Below are positions 7,896 to 16,296 of a stretch of 17,844 bases of DNA, one piece after another. Under the pieces are notes generated by a model. It saw only the letters and a list, made by a program, of their open reading frames with translations, ran no database searches and had not been told where the DNA came from. The position numbers and the translations under genes were made by a program. This stretch comes from Candidatus Wolframiiraptor sinensis (GTDB lineage Archaea; Thermoproteota; Nitrososphaeria_A; Caldarchaeales; Wolframiiraptoraceae), in NCBI GenBank assembly GCA_023261815.1, contig JALNKA010000019.1, forward strand, positions 1 through 17,844, written 5' to 3'. Numbering within the stretch: position 1 is the first letter of the stretch; every line of letters begins with the position of its first letter.

Positions 7896-7907
7896 ACTTG
7901 TATGGGA

Positions 7908-7982
7908 TGGGCCCGCCGGGATTTGAACCCGGGACCTCCGGCTCCGAAGGCCGACGCCCTATCCAAGCTAGGCCACGGGCCC
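7908..7982 (-). tRNA. tRNA-Arg(TCG)
   Basis: GGGCCCG-TG-GCCTAGCTTGGATAGGGC-G-TCGGC-CT-TCG-GA-GCCGG-AGGTC-CCGGG-TTCAAAT-CCCGG-CGGGCCC-A; no intron. Confidence 0.96.
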
Positions 7983-8118
7983 AAAGAGCTATATCGTGTG
8001 CCTCCTAATGATCCTTCTCAGACCCCGCTTAAATCTTGTCAAATTATCTAGGTATAACTTTGGACGAATTTGAGAATAGCAGTTTTAATCTGCCTGATGC
8101 GATTTTCTGATTAAAGTC

Positions 8119-8859
8119 ATGAGCAGGGCGTTTAGAAAATCTAACAACATGTTGATTAGCCTCTCGGCGGATGCTGGATTGGTGATAGTCGATATTCTTA
8201 AGGTCCTTAAATTGAGGTATGATTATAAGGCTTTATCTAAGATCACGGGGTTCCCGGTCTCGACGCTCACGCGGTACATCACTGGAAAGACCGCTCCAAG
8301 AGGTTCTAAGGCCGAGAAGCTTCTCAGGAATACTTTGAGCAACATCAATCTCCCAGCTTTTATCGCAGAATATTCCGGCTTCGACGGCGGGCGCCTAGAC
8401 TTAACAAAGGTGATGCTAAACCCGAACCTCGTGAAGATAATCGGGGCATACGTTCTCGAGGAGTTCGCCGGGATGAAGATAACATCCATAATGCCTCTGG
8501 ATATTCTGAGTCTCCCGCTAGCGAGCTATCTCTCGACAACGACCTCGAGGCCCCTTCACCTCGTATCGCCATTCCCCATCCCGCCCCCAGATCGCTTAAT
8601 GCCTCTAGTTTTCTCGGATGACTCTGGCGACAGCACCAAGGCTTACTGGCTTCTTCTCGAGAAGAACTGCAGCAGGGAGAGCATCCTGCTCCTAGGCAGT
8701 AGAACTCCGGAGCCTTGCTTCTTCAACAAGCTCGTAGAGATACTGGTTAATGAGAAGATGGAGGTGGGAGGGCTTTTCGTGGTGGCCGCTAAGGAGGATA
8801 TCTTGGGGGAGCTGAGAATCCCACCTGGAGTTAAAAGATCATACTTATTAGTGATTTAG
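8119..8859 (+). CDS. HTH plus degenerate phosphoribosyltransferase-fold protein (PurR-like regulator)
   Basis: N-terminal HTH 'YDYKALSKITGFPVSTLTRYITGKTAP' followed by a PRT-like alpha/beta region lacking the acidic PRPP-loop DD. The true start may be ATG 8149. Confidence 0.75.
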   Translation: MSRAFRKSNNMLISLSADAGLVIVDILKVLKLRYDYKALSKITGFPVSTLTRYITGKTAPRGSKAEKLLRNTLSNINLPAFIAEYSGFDGGRLDLTKVMLNPNLVKIIGAYVLEEFAGMKITSIMPLDILSLPLASYLSTTTSRPLHLVSPFPIPPPDRLMPLVFSDDSGDSTKAYWLLLEKNCSRESILLLGSRTPEPCFFNKLVEILVNEKMEVGGLFVVAAKEDILGELRIPPGVKRSYLLVI

Positions 8860-8864
8860 GTTTC

Positions 8865-9209
8865 TCAGGCATATTCTCTCCAGGTGTGGCCGCATTTCCT
8901 GCATCGGAAGAACTGGGTCATGGGCTCATCCGCGGATCTTGTCTGAACAGACCAGTAGTAGGCTTCTCTTGCTTCGCAGTTGGGGCAGGCAACTTCGGTT
9001 GTAACCGGCAGGACCTTCTCCTCCTCTTCCTTCTCGACGACCATTATCGCGGCGCCAGACCTCTTCCTCACCTTTGTGTAAACAATTCCTCCTTGAACAG
9101 GCTTCTCATACCCGCACTTGGAGCATATCCATGCGGGCTTATTCGTCTTCCTTAGGATCATTATCTTACCGCATTTGGGGCAGAGCTCCACGTCTTCCGC
9201 ACCTCCCAT
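8865..9209 (-). CDS. tfs: Transcription elongation factor S (TFS)
   Basis: Two Zn ribbons (CPKC…CSKC; CPNC…CRKC) and the QTRSADEPMT acidic DE hairpin. Confidence 0.95.
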   Translation of the reverse strand: MGGAEDVELCPKCGKIMILRKTNKPAWICSKCGYEKPVQGGIVYTKVRKRSGAAIMVVEKEEEEKVLPVTTEVACPNCEAREAYYWSVQTRSADEPMTQFFRCRKCGHTWREYA

Positions 9210-9246
9210 GCGGTCTAGTTTTCTTCTAATTTAAGTTTCCCTCCGC

Positions 9247-9522
9247 CTAGAGCTTTTCGAACTCCCTCCCGAGCTCGGCCGAGACCTCTTTTAGCTCTTG
9301 AATCGCTTTTTTAACGGCGTCCACCGCCCTCAGCTTGCCAGCGTTCGTCTTGACCCTGAGAATGGTTTTCTTGGTCAGCGGGTGCTCCATTATCGCGCCG
9401 GAATACTCCACTCCCTCCATTCTCTGCAGGATCTCGCTCAATGAGTCGAGCACACTTATATCTTCCTCGAGCACCTCGAGCTCTAGATAATCTTCTCTCT
9501 GCGTAAGAATTCTGAGCTTCAG
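9247..9522 (-). CDS. rpoL: DNA-directed RNA polymerase subunit L (Rpo11), probable CTG start
   Basis: Lies between csl4 and tfs; EHPL motif and C-terminal helix. The frame extends upstream to CTG-AAG-CTC-AGA-ATT (MKLRILTQREDYLELEV), 7 nt after GAGGTGA. Confidence 0.88.
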   Translation of the reverse strand: MKLRILTQREDYLELEVLEEDISVLDSLSEILQRMEGVEYSGAIMEHPLTKKTILRVKTNAGKLRAVDAVKKAIQELKEVSAELGREFEKL

Positions 9523-10109
9523 CCCGGCATCACCTCTAGCATCGAGGCGATCCGCTCCATATTCCCGTAGAATGGGACGATTTTACGTTTATGTTTCTCC
9601 CCGCATTTGAGGCAGATAAGCTCCATTTTCGCCTTACTCAGTATGCTTGAGCACTTATCGCATACGCCGAGAACGACTCCAAGGCCCGGTCTCCAGATGG
9701 AAAGGCCTATTACACCCATGAACTGGGTTGCCACCTGGGCTATAACCAGGTCCCCCACTCCCACGACGTCCTTCATCCCCTCCTTCATCCCCTTTCTCGG
9801 TATTATTATCGCCGTCCTGGGGTGCTTGAGAGCGCGCCCGCCAGCCGACAATATAGTTACAACGGCTATCTTATCCTGGATGCTTCTCACCTGGGCTATA
9901 ACCTGGCCACCGACCTTAAAGGGCTGCACGGCTTTCATGGGCTTCACGCTAACAGTTCTCGTGGATTTATCGTAGGAGGCGATGCCGAGCACTTTCGCGA
10001 TAACCCTTCCTTGACTGTCCAAGCTGGTGTTATCGCCCGGGCTAAACTCCTCCTGAATGCAGAGGGGCTCTCCCGGGACCGCCACCTCACCATCCCTGAT
10101 GAAGACCAC
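9519..10109 (-). CDS. csl4: Exosome complex component Csl4
   Basis: N-terminal VPGE-x-L…EEF-x-PG, S1 domain, LGVV followed by CDKC…CLKCG…RK zinc ribbon; conserved operon position. Confidence 0.92.
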   Translation of the reverse strand: MVFIRDGEVAVPGEPLCIQEEFSPGDNTSLDSQGRVIAKVLGIASYDKSTRTVSVKPMKAVQPFKVGGQVIAQVRSIQDKIAVVTILSAGGRALKHPRTAIIIPRKGMKEGMKDVVGVGDLVIAQVATQFMGVIGLSIWRPGLGVVLGVCDKCSSILSKAKMELICLKCGEKHKRKIVPFYGNMERIASMLEVMPG

Positions 10110-10113
10110 GCCG

Positions 10114-11133
10114 CTACACCTCCATCGCGAGGTATTTCGGGCTCTTAATCACCTCCTCCCACCTGGCCTCCCCGAGCATTATGAGCGCCTCGGCGGGGAG
10201 TAGGATCGGCAGCTCGACGCGCTCCTGATCCTCTATCGAGAGCCTCGGGCATGCGGTATTAATGAAGGCTTCAAACCCGCTGTTCCTCAGCATCTCCATA
10301 TCTACGTCATCCATTATAAGTATCTCCGCCTTTCTGCCAGCCCTCTCCAAGAGTTTTTTAAGCCTCATGGCGCACCGCATCCTGAATTGCCCGGGCTTGA
10401 TGCTCACGATTATTCCGAGATCCCTAGCCCCCCGCGCCGCCTCGATGTACCCGTATCTCGACTTTAACAGCTTCTCGGACTCGGCGCCTAGCGCGCCCAT
10501 GGCTCCCAGCTCCGGATCTAGGAAGAATATCGGCTTCTCGGTCTGGAGGCCGAGGCCTAAGCCGTGAAACCTGCTTCCTATGACTAGGTATCCATCAACC
10601 TCTCTGGAGAGCTTTAGGAGGGGCTGATAGGCGCATCCCAGGACTTGGCCCTCGTAGCGGAGGGGGGATGTGGGTGGGCTCGTGCGCGCTCTTATACCAT
10701 GTCCTCCTAAAAGGCGCTTAAGAAGGTCTATATGGTCGAGCCACTGAACAGTCGCGCCCAGCCCGATTCTCTCAAATCCTTCCAAAGACTTCATGTTTCC
10801 CTCGAGGGCTCTTATGAGCGGCTCGGGATCCGCTCTCCTGCACTCAAGGTATACGCATGGCATGGGATCCTCATCCAAGAATCTGGCATGGCCTAGGTGT
10901 ATTATTCCATCGGCTCCTACCGCGCGAGCATGCGCTATCGCTAGATCGCATCCGCCCCAGCATCCGCCTCCATGAAGTAGGGCTTCCTCTAGGCTTGATG
11001 AAAGCTCTTCGACGAGCTTGTTAGCGATGCCGCGGAGCCCTGGCGGAGCCTGTATGAGAGCCCTCTTAATGCAATTCTCCCTCACCCAGCCCCTGGCAAG
11101 CTCCACTTCAACCTTGTATCCGCTGATCAGCAT
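10114..11133 (-). CDS. dph2: 2-(3-amino-3-carboxypropyl)histidine synthase (diphthamide biosynthesis)
   Basis: Three Fe-S Cys motifs (WGGCDL, GQVLGC, TACPR) plus IIHLGH and KPGQ. Start placed at ATG 11133 because the longer ORF is antisense to the M48 gene. Confidence 0.94.
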   Translation of the reverse strand: MLISGYKVEVELARGWVRENCIKRALIQAPPGLRGIANKLVEELSSSLEEALLHGGGCWGGCDLAIAHARAVGADGIIHLGHARFLDEDPMPCVYLECRRADPEPLIRALEGNMKSLEGFERIGLGATVQWLDHIDLLKRLLGGHGIRARTSPPTSPLRYEGQVLGCAYQPLLKLSREVDGYLVIGSRFHGLGLGLQTEKPIFFLDPELGAMGALGAESEKLLKSRYGYIEAARGARDLGIIVSIKPGQFRMRCAMRLKKLLERAGRKAEILIMDDVDMEMLRNSGFEAFINTACPRLSIEDQERVELPILLPAEALIMLGEARWEEVIKSPKYLAMEV

Positions 11134-11271
11134 GCAGGTGATCCCCACTCGCACTCCGGGTAAGGATGGGGGCTTGTGCTGAAAAAGATTGGCCCTCCTC
11201 CCGCGCCATGCTCGGAGATAGGATAAAATCCCGATGCTTATCTGAGTGGTGGTGCTGGATGCCGTGAAAGC

Positions 11272-11817
11272 ATGAGCGGCATCAGGTATAGGATAATCAG
11301 GAGACGTGTGAAGAATCCCAGGCTCGAGATATGGGGTAATGAGATTCGGGTGATCTTGCCGGGAAACATGGACCCGTGGAAGGTGATTAAGGAGAATGGA
11401 CCATGGCTTGCTAAGCAGATCGAGCTCGTGAGAAGGGCGGTTGAGCTCTCGAAGAGAATAGAGCTCGTTCCGAGGACGAGGAGGAAGTTCAGGTCCCTGG
11501 TCGAGAGAGCTGCGCGGGAGTATGCCAAAGAGCTGGGGGTCGAGGTGAATAGGGTATTCGTGAGGAGGATCAGATCGGCTTGGGGAAGCTGTAGCGGGAA
11601 AAGGAATATAGTGGTAAGCGCGATGGCTCAGCGACTTCCCGAGCGGCTCATAAGATACGTAGTGTATCACGAGGTCTGCCATCTCCTGAGATGGAGGCAT
11701 GACAGGGAGTTTGAGGATCTCGTGAGGAGCAAGTTTCCGGACTGCGACTACCTGGATCTTCAGCTCCAAGCTTACTGGATAAAACTGAAGGAGCAGGAGG
11801 AGCGCGGCGAATGCTAG
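11272..11817 (+). CDS. M48/YgjP-like (DUF45) zinc metallohydrolase
   Basis: WGSCS, YVVYHEVCHL (HExxH) and HDREF motifs. Confidence 0.9.
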   Translation: MSGIRYRIIRRRVKNPRLEIWGNEIRVILPGNMDPWKVIKENGPWLAKQIELVRRAVELSKRIELVPRTRRKFRSLVERAAREYAKELGVEVNRVFVRRIRSAWGSCSGKRNIVVSAMAQRLPERLIRYVVYHEVCHLLRWRHDREFEDLVRSKFPDCDYLDLQLQAYWIKLKEQEERGEC

Positions 11818-11921
11818 CGCATCCCAACCTTCTTTCCTGCGTGTTTAGATTCTTTCCAAGATTTAGCCTGAGCTAGGTTCTTGTTCATCCTCATGGTCGA
11901 TTTGCCGACGGGGTAACCCAT
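11814..11921 (-). CDS. Putative 35-aa highly basic microprotein
   Basis: MGYPVGKSTMRMNKNLAQAKSWKESKHAGKKVGMR*; purine-rich GGAGCGAGG before the ATG; stop overlaps the M48 stop in CTAG. Confidence 0.5.
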   Translation of the reverse strand: MGYPVGKSTMRMNKNLAQAKSWKESKHAGKKVGMR

Positions 11922-12017
11922 CCTCGCTCCATTCTCTCGCTCACGCTGAAAGATAACTTTTCCTCGCTCAGATGATATGAATATATTCTGGTCTTGGGCT
12001 TTAGAGCTCTCGGCGCG

Positions 12018-12854
12018 ATGCATAAGCTCGGCTTCCCGATATGGTATGGATACGGGCCTGAGATCAGCAAGATAGTGGAGGAAGCTCATAGAATCGGCTT
12101 CGACTACATAGAAATAAGCATCGATTATCCTTGGCCGCGGGGCGGCGAGCCGAGCCTGAGCGAGGTCATGAAGGCGATCCGGGGCCTCGGCTTATCCCTG
12201 GGCTTCCACGCCCCATGGAGGGATCTCAGGCTATCCTCACCATTCGATGAGATCCGTAATGCTTCGATCAAGATCTTCGAGAAGATCGCTTTGGATCTCT
12301 CGGCCTATGAGTGTGATTATCTCGTCGCCCATCTCTCGACCGATCAGGCGGTGGATAGAATTGACGAGATCCGGGGCGAGGTTGTGAAGGCCGCCATCGC
12401 CTCAGCTGAGACCTTGAAGGAGATCTGTAGAAGCTTGGGCCTCAGGCTCCTGGTGGAGAACGTTCGCGAGGACTTGGAGATGTTCGAGAGGATAGCGTCG
12501 AGAGCTGATGGAATCTGCCTCGACTTGGGCCACGTGATAATATCCACGGCCAGAAGGCTCGAGAGAGATAAGATTGACGCGGAGCTGGAGAAATGGCTGT
12601 CTTCGCTGAAGAATAAGGTGGAGGCAATACACTACAGCGGGGTCAAGTTCGATGGCAAGCATGCTAGAGATCACCAGCTAACCGATAGCTCCGACAAGTA
12701 TCTGCGGCTCCTAAAGCGCTGGCTCACCGAGCTAAGGCCGCGGCACATCTTGCTCGAGGTTTTCGAGGGCGTGGGCGAGGAGCATGCGTGGCCGAGGCAG
12801 CTGGCCGACGCGGTCCGCTTTCTCAAGACATCCGATAGCAATCCAATCGCTTAA
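12018..12854 (+). CDS. Sugar phosphate isomerase/epimerase (xylose isomerase-like TIM barrel, AP endonuclease 2 family)
   Basis: GFDYIEI, FHAP, LLVEN, CLDLGH, DHQ and LLEV metal-binding motifs; ATG 12018 preferred over TTG 11994. Confidence 0.88.
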   Translation: MHKLGFPIWYGYGPEISKIVEEAHRIGFDYIEISIDYPWPRGGEPSLSEVMKAIRGLGLSLGFHAPWRDLRLSSPFDEIRNASIKIFEKIALDLSAYECDYLVAHLSTDQAVDRIDEIRGEVVKAAIASAETLKEICRSLGLRLLVENVREDLEMFERIASRADGICLDLGHVIISTARRLERDKIDAELEKWLSSLKNKVEAIHYSGVKFDGKHARDHQLTDSSDKYLRLLKRWLTELRPRHILLEVFEGVGEEHAWPRQLADAVRFLKTSDSNPIA

Positions 12855-12880
12855 ATCGCCGCTCGAAATAATCGCGTTAG

Positions 12881-13537
12881 ATGCGGTGTAGAAGCGAGAT
12901 TCTCGAGGAGTTTTTCGCCGCATTCCAGGAGACATTATGGAGGCGCATCTCGAGGAGCTGGGAGAGAGCTGAGCTCCAGGATCTCCGGAGGATCGCGGCG
13001 GTCGATGTGGCCTATAGGGGCGAGCTCGCGCTGGCGGCCGCAGTATGCTGGGATCTGAAGAAGCACGAGCCCATTGAGGAGAAGTGGTTTGCCTGCGAAG
13101 CCCCATACCCATATGTTCCCGGCCTGCTATTTCTCAGGGAGGCTCCGCCCATGCTGAAGGCGATCAAGCTCTTGGAGCACGACTGGAGCCTCCTCCTCGT
13201 GGACGGCCACGGCATCCTTCATCCGAGGAGAATAGGCCTCGCCGTCATGCTGGGCCTTATCCTCGATAAGCCGGCGCTCGGAATCGCTAAATCGCTTCTA
13301 GTAGGCGTTGAGGGGCCCGGGGATTATTGGGGCCCTGTCGAGGTCTCGGGCGAGGTCCTAGGCTACTGGTTCAAGCACGTGGATGGCGGAAGATTCTACG
13401 CGAGCCCGGGCTACCTGCTGGGCGTGGACCAGATTCCGGAAATAATTAAGGACCTCGGAGCGGGGTATCCGGAGCCACTGGCGCACGCGGATAAGCTCTC
13501 GAAAAGGCTCGCCAGGAGCCTGCCGCCGCGCTCCTAG
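12881..13537 (+). CDS. nfi: Endonuclease V
   Basis: AAVDVAY, PYVPGLLFLREAP, LLVDGHGILHPRRIGLA, GIAKS, SPGY and PEPL..AD motifs. Confidence 0.95.
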   Translation: MRCRSEILEEFFAAFQETLWRRISRSWERAELQDLRRIAAVDVAYRGELALAAAVCWDLKKHEPIEEKWFACEAPYPYVPGLLFLREAPPMLKAIKLLEHDWSLLLVDGHGILHPRRIGLAVMLGLILDKPALGIAKSLLVGVEGPGDYWGPVEVSGEVLGYWFKHVDGGRFYASPGYLLGVDQIPEIIKDLGAGYPEPLAHADKLSKRLARSLPPRS

Positions 13538-14085
13538 CCGAGGCTCTTCTCGCTCCTCCTCTGAGCGGCGATCGCGCTAGCTTCCTCGAGAATCTTTCTA
13601 GCCTCATCGCTGAGCTTCGTCTCCGCGATCACGGGCTCGCTGAAGCCACCCACCTCCACCGAGAGATCCTCCACCATGTTCACAAGCTTGTCCAGCTCAT
13701 CTGCCGCGGCCGGCGCGACTCCCCGGATCTCCTGGCTCGCCATAGCCAAGATCTCTTTCAGCGGCAAGATCACTCTACCCGCATCCTGCAGGTCTTTGAT
13801 GGCTTCTATCCTGTAGAACACGCCTTCAAGGAGCAGGTTTGCGTGGACGAGCCTCCTAAGAGCCCTCCTCAGCTCAGCGAGCTCCTCAGCATACATCACC
13901 GCCCTCTCCTTATCCCTCTCCATGTGAGCCCTGACAACCTGCTCGAAAAGCTCCCTTTCCCGCGCCTCAATATCCCTGACCCTTCTCGCCAATCTAGCCC
14001 TAATGATGCTCACGGAGTCAAGGATGTCGCTAGGCTTAACCTCCTTTTTCCCGGCCTTTTCGCGCCTCCAGAAGGCCAGCCGCAT
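13534..14085 (-). CDS. ESCRT-III/Snf7 family protein (CdvB paralog)
   Basis: Coiled-coil hairpin with 'RERELFEQVVRA…DKERAVMYAEELAELRR' and C-terminal 'EARKILEEASAIA'; GAGGAG RBS. Confidence 0.88.
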   Translation of the reverse strand: MRLAFWRREKAGKKEVKPSDILDSVSIIRARLARRVRDIEARERELFEQVVRAHMERDKERAVMYAEELAELRRALRRLVHANLLLEGVFYRIEAIKDLQDAGRVILPLKEILAMASQEIRGVAPAAADELDKLVNMVEDLSVEVGGFSEPVIAETKLSDEARKILEEASAIAAQRRSEKSLG

Positions 14086-14231
14086 CTCCTCAAATCACGC
14101 CCAAGCCGCCTAGAAATAACTTCCCAGCTCGCGCTCGACAGGATATGTCGCAGAGGATTTCTCCAGAGAGTACTCGCGGAACATGAGCGCACCAGTTTTA
14201 AGGTGGCCCTGAGGAGGGTGCTCGAGGAGCC

Positions 14232-14753
14232 TTGCTCGAAAAGCTGACTCAATCGCTGATATTCATTCTTCCAGCATACTTCGCGAATGGAGCCCCGGTA
14301 GTTGGCGTCAAGTTGATCGGCCGCTCAACGCCGCTAGATCGCGGTGCCATGGCCTGGGATGGGCGGAGGATACTAGGAGATGGAAAGACGCTCGAGGGCC
14401 TATTGATAGGCATGACGGTGGGATCGCTCGCCGGTCTAATAATCCACGCAATCGCTCCGGAGCTTTACAGGAGCTGGCTCGAGCCCCTCATCCTGAGCGC
14501 GGGCGCCATGGCAGGCGACATTCTCGGATCATTCATAAAGCGGAGGTTCGGGCTCGAGAGAGGCCGCCCAGCACCGGGCCTAGACCAGCTCGGCTTTCTA
14601 GGCTTCGCCCTCCTCTTCTCGGCCCTCGCCTTCGGCCCGCCGCGATGGCTCGATGCTCCGACCCTGATCTTTCTGGCGGCGGTAACGGCCATTCTCCATA
14701 TAGGGACAAACTACCTCGCTTATGTGCTGGGATTGAAGTCTGAGCCCTACTAA
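14232..14753 (+). CDS. carS: CDP-archaeol synthase
   Basis: LPAYFANGAPV, DGRRILGDGKT.EG, GDILGSFIKRR, PGLDQL, H..TN..AY..GLK..PY. Confidence 0.95.
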   Translation: MLEKLTQSLIFILPAYFANGAPVVGVKLIGRSTPLDRGAMAWDGRRILGDGKTLEGLLIGMTVGSLAGLIIHAIAPELYRSWLEPLILSAGAMAGDILGSFIKRRFGLERGRPAPGLDQLGFLGFALLFSALAFGPPRWLDAPTLIFLAAVTAILHIGTNYLAYVLGLKSEPY

Positions 14754-14977
14754 CTAGATCTCCCGCCGATGATTAGGATTAGGAAGAAGACTAGGAATAT
14801 TACGACGTACATTATCATGATCATGTTTCTCATGCGCTTTTGCCTCGCTTCGACCCTCGCACGAACCTGCTCGCACTCAGCCGAGCACAGCTCTTTATCG
14901 GGGGGAATGGCTCTACCGCAAATCCGACAGTGGCGATGATCCACTATTCTGATCTTCCTCTCCTTCTTTCCGCTCAA
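14750..14977 (-). CDS. DUF2116 family Zn-ribbon membrane protein
   Basis: HRHCRICGRAIPPDKELCSAEC plus a C-terminal TM helix. Confidence 0.88.
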   Translation of the reverse strand: MSGKKERKIRIVDHRHCRICGRAIPPDKELCSAECEQVRARVEARQKRMRNMIMIMYVVIFLVFFLILIIGGRSS

Positions 14978-15058
14978 CGGCGAATTCTTCTCAAGGAGGT
15001 ATTTAACTGCTGACGAGGGGATCTAGTTTTAAATGCTAGCGCGTGGAGTGTTTAGAGG

Positions 15059-16252
15059 TTGAGCAGAGAAAGCTTCGAGAATCTAGTTGCTCTCACGATT
15101 CCCGTGGCCGTTATTCATCTCCTGCTGAACTTCAGCGGCTGGCTATGGTACACTCTTCTAGGCAAGTATCTGATAGTGGATCTGGGCTTTTCCGGAAACG
15201 AGCTGGGTCTCGTGATAACGCTCTACAACCTGTCCTTCGCGGTCTCCGCGCTCCCGGCCGGGATACTATCGGATATAATCATGTCTAGGAGGGTGTTGAT
15301 AATAGGCTCTCTCGCATGCGCTCTCGGAACGCTGATCATGGCGTTCTCCGGAGACGTGGTAACGATGTCACTGGCCTGCCTGATAATAGGCGTCGGAGAC
15401 GCGTTCACGCTAACAGCGATAACTGTGCATACGGTGAAGAGCGGGGGAGTAAGGCGTCTCGCCACCTTATACGGATTCGTGCTGTGGGCTGGTAGCATCG
15501 GCGAGTTCCTGGGCTCATTCATGAGCGGATACGTGAAGGAGTATCTCGGCAGCCAAGCGCTCTTCATCCTGAGCTCAATAACATCGCTATTCCCCCTACC
15601 AGCCCTCCTATTGGTTAGAGAGAGGCCTCACGAAGAACACCCCGCCAGATCCATCTCGCCGGTCAGCCCACTTAAGCTACTGAGATTCCACGACATACTT
15701 AGGCTGATGATGCTCGGCCTCATCTTCCACACAATAGGATATCAGATGTTCTTCCCATTCATCTCAGTTCACGCGAGCTTCGCGGGCCTAGCGGATAGGG
15801 AGATCGGGATGGTGAACTTCGCGATCCTCTTCTCAACCTTCATCGTGACGCTGCCATGCGGGATTCTGGCTGATAAAATCGGGAGCAAGCCCATGCTGCT
15901 GAGTCACGTAATCCTCTCATCGGTCTCATGGATGCTATACGGGCTGAGCAATGATATCTTGCTGATCTTCTTGGCAGCGGCATTCTTAGGAGCGGTCAAT
16001 GCGATGGATTATCCATCTAGACGCCGCCTGCTGGTCGAGGCGTCGGGAGAGAAAGCTATTGGAGCGCTGATAGGAACCCTCGACTTCTTCATCAACCTCT
16101 CCTCAATACCGGGGCCGATGATCGGCGGCGCGCTCTACGAGCTGACTGGGCTGAGCGGGATCTTCTGGATAGCATCCTTGATAAACTTGGCCAGCATACC
16201 ATTCCTTCTCAAGATCAGGGTTCACGTGATACCCATGGAAAAGTTTCGATGA
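15059..16252 (+). CDS. Major facilitator superfamily transporter
   Basis: About 12 TM segments; motif A-like GILSDIIMSRR and GILADKIGSK. Confidence 0.92.
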   Translation: MSRESFENLVALTIPVAVIHLLLNFSGWLWYTLLGKYLIVDLGFSGNELGLVITLYNLSFAVSALPAGILSDIIMSRRVLIIGSLACALGTLIMAFSGDVVTMSLACLIIGVGDAFTLTAITVHTVKSGGVRRLATLYGFVLWAGSIGEFLGSFMSGYVKEYLGSQALFILSSITSLFPLPALLLVRERPHEEHPARSISPVSPLKLLRFHDILRLMMLGLIFHTIGYQMFFPFISVHASFAGLADREIGMVNFAILFSTFIVTLPCGILADKIGSKPMLLSHVILSSVSWMLYGLSNDILLIFLAAAFLGAVNAMDYPSRRRLLVEASGEKAIGALIGTLDFFINLSSIPGPMIGGALYELTGLSGIFWIASLINLASIPFLLKIRVHVIPMEKFR

Positions 16253-16296
16253 AGAATCTCCAAGCCCAGCCACTCATCAAAATCTTGTGAGACGCT

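Noticed and set aside
7833-8051. 72-aa ORF containing WARRDLNPGPP
   Set aside because: It is the antisense translation of tRNA-Arg, and no integrase body follows it.
11134-11769. 212-aa N-terminal extension of Dph2 (551-aa ORF), an apparent fusion
   Set aside because: The extension is mostly antisense to the M48/YgjP gene and crosses the divergent promoter gap; Dph2 similarity begins near ATG 11133.
11818-12017. Possible C/D-box sRNA in the intergenic gap
   Set aside because: No properly ordered C (RTGATGA) and D (CTGA) boxes on the same strand; the small ORF explains the gap better.
14086-14231. Short ORFs and a hairpin (CGACA/TGTCG) between the CdvB paralog and carS
   Set aside because: Consistent with an ordinary divergent promoter region; there is no support for a gene.
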